Positions 9,139-16,376 of a DNA stretch of 64,000 nt are shown in pieces (position 1 is the stretch's first letter; each line of letters opens with the position of its first letter). Source of the DNA: a virus (lineage: Duplodnaviria; Caudoviricetes); IMG/VR virus record IMGVR_UViG_3300042523_000723, positions 21,811 to 85,810 of that record; one strand, written 5' to 3'. The translations under genes and the position numbers were made by a program. The notes beneath the pieces were generated by a model, which ran no database searches, was not told the DNA's origin, and saw nothing but the letters and a program-made list of their open reading frames with translations.

Positions 9139-11370
9139 TTAAGAGATTTTTATCACAATTTCTTCTTTTGCCTTAGAATAACTCACTTTAATAGTTTGAC
9201 CTTCTTCTACTCTACCACTTAAAATTTCTTCAGAGACAGGATCCTCAATATGTTTTTGTATTGCCCTATTCAATGGTCTTGCCCCATATTCTTCATCGTA
9301 TCCGACATCCACTAAATGATCTTTCGCAGTTTTATTTATTTGTAGTGTATAACCTATTTCAGATACCCTTTTCACTAATTTAACAATTTCTAAGTCAACA
9401 ATCTTACCGATTTGTTCCTTAGTTAATGATTTAAATATAATAACATCATCTAATCTATTTAGGAACTCAGGTGGAAATTGTTTTTTAAGTTCATCAGTTA
9501 ACATACTCTCTTTAATGTCATCTCGTTTCTCCAATTTAGATTTAGTACCAAAACCAACGCCCGTACCAAAGTCTCGTAGTTTCTTAACACCAACATTAGA
9601 TGTCATTATAACCATACAGTTTTTAAAGTTAACTTTTCTTCCTGACGAATCCGTTAAATGTCCATCATCTAATAATTGTAATAGGATATTGTATATTTCT
9701 TTATGTGCCTTTTCAATCTCATCAAATAGTACAATAGAATACGGTTTTCTCCTAACTTTCTCAGTGAGTTGCCCACCATCTTCATGTCCAACGTAACCCG
9801 GAGGAGAACCTATTAATCTAGAGATAGAATGTTTTTCCTGAAATTCAGACATATCTAATCTAATTAATGAATCTTCATCACCGAACATATGCTCCGCCAA
9901 TTTTTTCGCAATATGAGTTTTACCCACCCCACTATTTCCAATAAACATGAAAGTTCCTACTGGTTTTTTAGGGTTCCTGATCCCAACTCGATTTCTTCTT
10001 AATGATTTGGCAATCTTTTCTAACGCTACTTCTTGACCGATAACTTGTTTACCCATCTCTTTTTCCATCTCTAACATCCTCTTACCTTGATCACCACTAA
10101 TTCTTTTTAATGGTATTCCCGTCATAGATGCAACCACTTCATTAACGTCTTCAGGGGTTATTATTTTTTTATCTTTACTTAAACTATCTACCCACTTTAC
10201 CTTTTCACCATCCAACCTTTCGTTGATTATTCTCTCTTCGTCTCTTAATCTCGCCGCCTCTTCGTATTTTTGTTTCTTAACAACTTCACTCTTTTTATTT
10301 TTTAACTCTAAAATTTTATCTTCTAAATCATTAATTGCCTTTGGGACTTTAACGTTAATCTGACTTCTAGATCCAACCTCATCCATAATGTCAATCGCTT
10401 TATCGGGAAATTCTCTGTCTGTGATATATCTATCCGACATCTTAACACATTGTTCGATTGTCTCTGTTGGGTAAAATACTTTATGGTAAGTTTCATACGA
10501 ATCTTTAATTTTCATTAAGATTTTTATCGTATCTTCTACTGAAGGTGGGTCAATAATTACTTGTTGGAATCTTCTCGCTAAGGCACCATCCTTCTCTATA
10601 TTTTCTCTAAATTCATCTAATGTGGTTGCACCAATCAATTGTAAGTCACCTCTCGCCAACGCTGGTTTTAATACATTCGCAGCGTCCATAGATCCACTTG
10701 TGTTACCTGCACCTACTATAGTGTGAACTTCATCTATAAATAATATCACATTATCTACACCCATAAGTTCATCAACAACACCTTTAATCCTTTCTTCGAA
10801 CTGTCCTCTATATTTTGTACCCGCAACTAATGAAGTTAAGTCTAATGAAACAATTCTTTTATCTAACAACGTTCTAGGTGCGTCACCTTGTACAATTTTT
10901 AACGCCAACCCCTCTACTATTGTGGTTTTACCAGTATTATGACTAATTATCCCGTTCGAGACGTATCTATGGTTATTATCTTTAACCTCAAAATCATACG
11001 TATCATGAACCCCTATGTCCGTTTTAGATACAACCTCAACCATACCATCAATAGTGTTAACAAAATCACCAATTTCTACTAAACCTAATGGTAACCATGT
11101 AGCACCATCTAATTTCTTAACCCTACCATCCTCAATATCAACCATTAAATAGTGATCCTCAGATGCTTCCAAAAACATACCGTTAGATAATTCAACCCTA
11201 AAACATTTTTTATCTTTTTTAGTTATTAAAGAACCCAGACTACTAAAACCTTCATCAGTTTCTATTTGGTAGGTACCACCTTCGTCTTTTACCATGTTAA
11301 AGAAATCCGTAACTGACATCTCAACAACATCATCGATTTCCATACTTTTTTTATTTTCCTTTGTTTCCAT
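9139..11370 (-). CDS. clpC: split ClpC, C-terminal part: IntC (145 aa) followed by rest of AAA+1, UVR domain and AAA+2
   Basis: Intein ends SHN|TGKTT; AGTKYRGQFEER, LFIDEVH, RRFQ, GNSGVGKT, LFDEIEKAH, VGF loop, GARPL. Confidence 0.92.
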   Translation of the reverse strand: METKENKKSMEIDDVVEMSVTDFFNMVKDEGGTYQIETDEGFSSLGSLITKKDKKCFRVELSNGMFLEASEDHYLMVDIEDGRVKKLDGATWLPLGLVEIGDFVNTIDGMVEVVSKTDIGVHDTYDFEVKDNNHRYVSNGIISHNTGKTTIVEGLALKIVQGDAPRTLLDKRIVSLDLTSLVAGTKYRGQFEERIKGVVDELMGVDNVILFIDEVHTIVGAGNTSGSMDAANVLKPALARGDLQLIGATTLDEFRENIEKDGALARRFQQVIIDPPSVEDTIKILMKIKDSYETYHKVFYPTETIEQCVKMSDRYITDREFPDKAIDIMDEVGSRSQINVKVPKAINDLEDKILELKNKKSEVVKKQKYEEAARLRDEERIINERLDGEKVKWVDSLSKDKKIITPEDVNEVVASMTGIPLKRISGDQGKRMLEMEKEMGKQVIGQEVALEKIAKSLRRNRVGIRNPKKPVGTFMFIGNSGVGKTHIAKKLAEHMFGDEDSLIRLDMSEFQEKHSISRLIGSPPGYVGHEDGGQLTEKVRRKPYSIVLFDEIEKAHKEIYNILLQLLDDGHLTDSSGRKVNFKNCMVIMTSNVGVKKLRDFGTGVGFGTKSKLEKRDDIKESMLTDELKKQFPPEFLNRLDDVIIFKSLTKEQIGKIVDLEIVKLVKRVSEIGYTLQINKTAKDHLVDVGYDEEYGARPLNRAIQKHIEDPVSEEILSGRVEEGQTIKVSYSKAKEEIVIKIS
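10936..11370 (-). mobile_element. C-terminal fragment of split intein (IntC)
   Basis: Block B LEASEDH, block F TYDFEV, block G NGIISHN then +1 Thr; no block A. Confidence 0.88.
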
Positions 11371-11626
11371 ACTCTTTATTTAATTTTTTAATAATTTCAC
11401 TAACTGAGGTATCATAAATAACATTATAACCATTGTCTTTAAAAAAGACAATCTTATCACCCATTTTACGTGAATATTCGTCTAACATTTTATTATCAAC
11501 ATAACCAACATTTTTAATTAATCCAAAATATTCGATATATGTGTCGTATTTAGTAAGGTAGAAATCGTACCTATATTTTTTACCATCTGGGTACCACTCA
11601 TCATGTTTGAAGTCTATATTGATATG
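11351..11626 (-). pseudogene. 5'-truncated Vsr/DUF559-like (PD-(D/E)XK) endonuclease remnant
   Basis: Hand translation [35 protein letters not shown]...YSRKMGDKIVFFKDNGYNVI...; preceded by in-frame TGA with no ATG at the 5' end; stop overlaps the IntC start. Confidence 0.7.
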
Positions 11627-12336
11627 TCAGATATTTTCTTAACCTTGATTTTAGTATCACCTAATACACAACCCGGATCACCAATAATAATAGGATTATT
11701 CTTTTTCTTTCTCGCCAATATTTGGGCAACTCTTTGAATTGACTCGTCCCTACCAATTACCGGATCAATCTTACCTTCGGACGCTCTTTTAGTAACATCG
11801 ATAGAAAAATTATCTAATATAGGTGTTTCATTAGACTTACTACTTTTTAATTTATTTTTACTTTCTCTACTTTTATTTTCATCTTCATTTTCCATAGGTT
11901 CTATCGCACTTACAATGTTATCTTTATAATTTTTATAAGAAATCTTCGCACTTTTTAACATTGAGGACATATTAGTTTTTACTTTAAGTGTTGCCAAAAG
12001 AATGTGTTGGGTGTCCAAGTATTCATCGTTTAATTTATCACACTCTATTTCCGCACCCTTTAAAATGTTTTCTGTCATTTCTTCCAATGGGAAATCTTTA
12101 TTATTAATTTTCACATTATCATAATCCTCTTCTCTTAACAAAGACTTCTCTATAGTTTTATGTAAATTATCCACATCAACACCCATATTAATTAATGTCT
12201 TTATCGCATTATTATTATAGTCGTTTATTAATGATATTATTATATGTTCAATTCTAACCTCATAATCACCATAAAATTTCGCCTGTTTTATGGACATATT
12301 TATAATCCTCTTAACTTTAGGTAATACTTTTTTCAT
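11614..12336 (-). CDS. clpC: split ClpC, N-terminal part: Clp-N domain, start of AAA+1 and 18-aa IntN
   Basis: EHIIISL/QHILLA Clp-N repeats; [29 protein letters not shown]|CVLGDT. Confidence 0.9.
   Translation of the reverse strand: MKKVLPKVKRIINMSIKQAKFYGDYEVRIEHIIISLINDYNNNAIKTLINMGVDVDNLHKTIEKSLLREEDYDNVKINNKDFPLEEMTENILKGAEIECDKLNDEYLDTQHILLATLKVKTNMSSMLKSAKISYKNYKDNIVSAIEPMENEDENKSRESKNKLKSSKSNETPILDNFSIDVTKRASEGKIDPVIGRDESIQRVAQILARKKKNNPIIIGDPGCVLGDTKIKVKKISDISI
11617..11670 (-). mobile_element. N-terminal fragment of split intein (IntN, 18 aa)
   Basis: [18 protein letters not shown] is intein block A inserted in Walker A. Confidence 0.85.
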
Positions 12337-12396
12337 TTTAAATTTGTTTTTTTAATTAAATATCATTATCTTTGTTTCAAAGTTAACTATAAAATC

Positions 12397-13320
12397 ATGA
12401 AAAGTCAATACAAATTACAATTAGGTGATACAAAAATCGTTCTAAAAGAAATGATCGATAACGGTGAAAAGGTTGATATGATATTCACTTCTCCCCCTTA
12501 TTTTTCAATGAGAAAGAATTATAGTGGAAATGATGATGGGGAAATCGGATCCATTCACGTTGACGATTACGCAGATTGGTTGTTAGAATTCACTGAATTG
12601 TTTTTACAGGTTCTTAAACCTGATGGTAGTTTTTTCTTAAATATTAACGATAAAATTGATAAGGGTGTTGTTCATCCTGTTTTAGATGAGTTAAGATATA
12701 AGATGAGGAAACAAGGTTGGTATATGGTTGCGAAACCATATATTTGGTTTAAAAAGAACGCAATACCCACAAACTGTAAATATAGGGCAATCGATAGATA
12801 CGAATATGTTTTCCATTTTAGCAATTCAAACAAACCCAAATTTAGGGCTGACAATTGTAGGACAGAACATTCTGATGTCACTAAAAAAAGGTTTGAGAAA
12901 CCTGTTACCACAATTAACTCTAGAGATGGTGTTTATGATTCACAAATGAAGGAGTTAAATGAAAAGGGATCGTTACCACATAATGTTGTTATCGCTGCGG
13001 CGGAATCTAATCCGGGTATTTTACACCCTGCACCGTTTACGGTTGAATTGGCAGAGTGGTTTGTTAAGATTGGTAGTGATGAGAATGATGTCGTTTTAGA
13101 TCCATTCGCAGGTTCATCTACAACGGGAGTGGCATCACTAAAGAATAACAGAAAGTTCATTGGTATTGATTTGGTTGAGTTCAATATTAACTTCGGTAGA
13201 AAGAGAATGGATCATTACTTAGAAACTGGTGAGACATATATACCTAAAAAAGAATTAGAAGAAAAGGATATAGATGTCAATTATTACAAAATTAAAGGTA
13301 AACATATAAACAATCCATGA
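12397..13320 (+). CDS. DNA amino-methyltransferase (N4-C/N6-A, beta class)
   Basis: FTSPPY motif IV precedes VLDPFAGSSTT motif I; HPAPF. Confidence 0.9.
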   Translation: MKSQYKLQLGDTKIVLKEMIDNGEKVDMIFTSPPYFSMRKNYSGNDDGEIGSIHVDDYADWLLEFTELFLQVLKPDGSFFLNINDKIDKGVVHPVLDELRYKMRKQGWYMVAKPYIWFKKNAIPTNCKYRAIDRYEYVFHFSNSNKPKFRADNCRTEHSDVTKKRFEKPVTTINSRDGVYDSQMKELNEKGSLPHNVVIAAAESNPGILHPAPFTVELAEWFVKIGSDENDVVLDPFAGSSTTGVASLKNNRKFIGIDLVEFNINFGRKRMDHYLETGETYIPKKELEEKDIDVNYYKIKGKHINNP

Positions 13321-13402
13321 CAAATTGTCACATTTTAGTCGTTGGTATAACGTTTGTCTTGAACGTTTGTAAACATAATAACAATGAAAAATAAAATTAA
13401 TA

Positions 13403-13855
13403 ATGAGTACAAATTTTTTTAAGTTAATCGAAGAGTTCGAAACGATGTTAGTTAAAAATTCTTCCCCCAATTATAATCTTAAAGGTAGATTAAATAGTGG
13501 TGGTAAAATATTAGGCTTTAGTACTAATATTCCCTCAACTAATATTTTTGAGGACGAATGGGGATATAGGTACGAAATCATTACACCTGGATTATCTAAA
13601 GGGAATCTTTCTATTGAAATTAATGGTGAAACATTATCATTTAAAGGTGAACATAAATTAGAAAAAACAGAAAACGGTGATTATATATCTAAAGAGTATC
13701 GCTATAATAATTTTCATAGAACTTTTGATATCCCTACAAATGTTGTCAGTGAAGAAATTTACGCAAAAACAGAAAACGGTATAACGACAATTTACTTACC
13801 AAAAGAAAAACTAAGTAAAACAAAGTCCTATAATAGAAAGGTAACTATAGATTAA
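13403..13855 (+). CDS. Hsp20 small heat-shock protein
   Basis: PSTNIFE...PGLSK...EYRYNNFHRTFDIP...AKTENGITTIYLPK alpha-crystallin domain. Confidence 0.9.
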   Translation: MSTNFFKLIEEFETMLVKNSSPNYNLKGRLNSGGKILGFSTNIPSTNIFEDEWGYRYEIITPGLSKGNLSIEINGETLSFKGEHKLEKTENGDYISKEYRYNNFHRTFDIPTNVVSEEIYAKTENGITTIYLPKEKLSKTKSYNRKVTID

Positions 13856-13879
13856 GTACATATCTACTACATTTAAATG

Positions 13880-13911
13880 ATTCATGACTTTACAAGTTGT
13901 GGATTTTTTTT
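13880..13911 (+). terminator. intrinsic terminator
   Basis: ATTCATGACTT-tac-AAGTTGTGGAT followed by a T-run. Confidence 0.55.
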
Positions 13912-13956
13912 ATATTTATATTTGTTTAAATAATAAATTTTTTATATCTTTGTATT

Positions 13957-14181
13957 ATGATACCAAGTGCACCAACATTTAGAAAAATAGTTTTATTACT
14001 TAAAGACGAAGAAGGTAAACCTACAGACAGAATAGTATATGAAGATTCTGCAATGGTAATAACAGGTAATTATGTTTTAATTACTGAAGAGACAAGAGTT
14101 TCCATAAGTGAACCTTCTGAAATTAAGGGAGATGTTTATGAACTTAAAAATATACATTCATATAAACTTTTAAAAGATTAA
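13957..14181 (+). CDS. hypothetical protein
   Basis: 74-aa ORF; TATCTTTG at 13945-13952. Confidence 0.6.
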   Translation: MIPSAPTFRKIVLLLKDEEGKPTDRIVYEDSAMVITGNYVLITEETRVSISEPSEIKGDVYELKNIHSYKLLKD

Positions 14182-14183
14182 TT

Positions 14184-14480
14184 ATGGTTTTATTAAAACA
14201 TGAAGAAAACGGTTCGATAGAGTGTCTTTATGACTCTTCTAATATTTTAGGGTCTAAGTATGTCGTTAATGAAAAAAAATTGGCACTTATTTTTAACTCT
14301 GGTAGACAGTATATCTATGAGGGAGTTACCTTTACTGATTATAGTAAGTTTGAGGGGGGTAAAAGTCAGGGTAAGGTATTACACACAGTTATTAAAAAAT
14401 ATTCGTATTCACAATCAAGTGATATAGTAGACGTACAACCAATAGTGGAACAAATAAATGAAATAAAAAAGACGTTATGA
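14184..14480 (+). CDS. KTSC-domain protein
   Basis: SSNI...Y...LALIFNSGRQYIYEGV...SQGK...IKKY KTSC pattern. Confidence 0.8.
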   Translation: MVLLKHEENGSIECLYDSSNILGSKYVVNEKKLALIFNSGRQYIYEGVTFTDYSKFEGGKSQGKVLHTVIKKYSYSQSSDIVDVQPIVEQINEIKKTL

Positions 14481-14668
14481 TTAAGAGTTATCAGATAAAA
14501 AAGATTATGAATAAAGGTGGTAAACCACAACACGTTATTTTACTGGATTCGAATGGTGAGGTTTATGAGACATCGTGTTTTGGTGTGGTAACGAAATTAT
14601 GTGAACTATTAAATACCAACACAGATAGGGGTTGGAGATATGAAATTATTACTATAGGTAGTAAATAG
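14477..14668 (+). CDS. hypothetical protein
   Basis: 63-aa ORF coupled to the upstream gene by ATGA overlap. Confidence 0.6.
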   Translation: MIKSYQIKKIMNKGGKPQHVILLDSNGEVYETSCFGVVTKLCELLNTNTDRGWRYEIITIGSK

Positions 14669-15133
14669 AAACGGGCGTTTCATAAATAACAAATAACAAA
14701 TAAAAATTAAAAACAAATAGTTATGGAAAAATTATCATTCGCTTTGGGTGTTGCTTCTGTATTGGTTGTGCTTATGGGTATAGTCATTACTTGGGTTACA
14801 CTTAAGGTTATAAAGTTAATTAAAATTAACAAAAACTTAGAAAGTTACATATCTGAAACAGATAGAAGTATACATAATAGAATAGACAGAACAGAACACA
14901 ATTATTCTGGTGAAATAAAAGAAATATATGACACATTCCACAGACGGATTGATGACTCATATAGAAATATTGACCAAACGGTTGAACGATCCCATTCACA
15001 TACGGTTGAGTTACATAATGAGGCTATAAGATATATAGACTCTAGAATAGACAAGTTACTCAATAATCCTAAATTTTGTTTAAACAAAGAAAAGGAATTA
15101 TTGACGGATTAAAATAAGAATACGCCCGTTTCT
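14667..15133. repeat. inverted repeat pair flanking ORF 14723-15112
   Basis: AGAAACGGGCGT (14667-14678) and its exact reverse complement ACGCCCGTTTCT (15122-15133). Confidence 0.75.
14723..15112 (+). CDS. membrane-anchored coiled-coil protein
   Basis: N-terminal hydrophobic helix (FALGVASVLVVLMGIVITWV) then helical repeats (HNRID, HRRID, DSRID). Confidence 0.7.
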   Translation: MEKLSFALGVASVLVVLMGIVITWVTLKVIKLIKINKNLESYISETDRSIHNRIDRTEHNYSGEIKEIYDTFHRRIDDSYRNIDQTVERSHSHTVELHNEAIRYIDSRIDKLLNNPKFCLNKEKELLTD

Positions 15134-15184
15134 TATTTTTAAGATATTTATCCATATATTAATATATTTATTAAAAAAAGATTT

Positions 15185-15979
15185 ATGGATATTATAAAAA
15201 TTACTGAACAAGATATCAATGATATCATCCAAAAAGAAAACATTGACTTCTCTTCATTTGAAGTGAGATCCACACTTAACCCAAAAATATTCGATAAAGA
15301 ACAACATATGTATGAGGATATTAGAAGGAGACTTCTTATGATTGCAGATGATTTCTTTGAAACATTAAATGTAAGTTGGGTAGACATAAATGACATTATT
15401 TTAACTGGTAGTTTGGCGAACTTTAATTGGTCAAAATTTTCAGATGTAGACTTACATATATTAGTAGATTTTGGTGAAGTTGACGAAAACGAAGAGTTAG
15501 TTAAAGAATATTTCAACTCCAAAAAGAATTTATGGAATGAAAAACACGACATAACTATTAAAGGTTATGATGTGGAATTATATATGCAAGATACTGAAGA
15601 ACCACACGTTTCTAGTGGTGTATATTCTATTCTATGGGATGGATGGGTAGTACAACCTGACTCAACTAAAAAAGAAATAGACGCAAAAAAAGTAGAACAA
15701 AAAGTTAATAATATTATAGACACAATACATGATGTCTATTATATGTATAAAAATGAGGAATACGATAAAACTATCAGAATGATTAAAAACCTAAAAGAAA
15801 AAATCAAAAAAATGAGACAAACTGGTTTAGATCGTGAAGGTGAGTATTCGTTTGAGAATATCGCATTTAAAGTATTAAGGAGAACCATGTATTTAGATAA
15901 ATTAAGTGAAATTGAGAATAGTTCATATGATAAATCTTTAACATTAGATGAGTCTATGTTAAGAATTAAAACATTATAA
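15185..15979 (+). CDS. pol-beta-superfamily nucleotidyltransferase with leader
   Basis: ILTGSLANFNWSKFSDVDLHI (GS...DxD) plus DVELY third carboxylate; MDIIKITEQDINDIIQKE leader. Confidence 0.8.
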   Translation: MDIIKITEQDINDIIQKENIDFSSFEVRSTLNPKIFDKEQHMYEDIRRRLLMIADDFFETLNVSWVDINDIILTGSLANFNWSKFSDVDLHILVDFGEVDENEELVKEYFNSKKNLWNEKHDITIKGYDVELYMQDTEEPHVSSGVYSILWDGWVVQPDSTKKEIDAKKVEQKVNNIIDTIHDVYYMYKNEEYDKTIRMIKNLKEKIKKMRQTGLDREGEYSFENIAFKVLRRTMYLDKLSEIENSSYDKSLTLDESMLRIKTL

Positions 15980-16035
15980 AAATTAATTTGCGTTTTTTTA
16001 TGAAAAATGCAATATTTATTTAATAAAAGATAATT

Positions 16036-16356
16036 ATGGGAACATATTTAACGGGAACTTATTCCGTATTACATACATCAGGTACTACAGACTTCACTAA
16101 TTTTGTATATAGTGCAGTTTATTTCAACTCTGGATCAACATACACTATTAATGGTACTAATGTTATTGGGGTCGCAGGTAAAACATTAGACATTATAGTA
16201 CAAGTGGATGGCACAACACTAAGTACAGGATACCTATTATTAGGTAATTCAATTCCACCACAAACAAAAATTAATACAGGTTTAATTACTGCAACTGGTG
16301 GTACAGAACAATATCAATTTGTAAACATTAAAACCGGTTTACCAACTAACGGATAA
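16036..16356 (+). CDS. T/G-rich small structural protein (putative)
   Basis: Beta-rich Thr/Gly composition; ATATTTAT at 16012-16019. Confidence 0.6.
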   Translation: MGTYLTGTYSVLHTSGTTDFTNFVYSAVYFNSGSTYTINGTNVIGVAGKTLDIIVQVDGTTLSTGYLLLGNSIPPQTKINTGLITATGGTEQYQFVNIKTGLPTNG

Positions 16357-16376
16357 AATGAAATAAAAACATAAAA

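Noticed and set aside
11371-11616. Stop-codon recoding or read-through joining the clpC halves
   Set aside because: Same frame but four stops including two TAA; other genes (terL, portal, protease) end normally at TAG, so the standard code holds.
11371-11616. Group I intron interrupting clpC
   Set aside because: The 246-nt spacer is fully occupied by endonuclease-like coding sequence, with no recognisable intron core.
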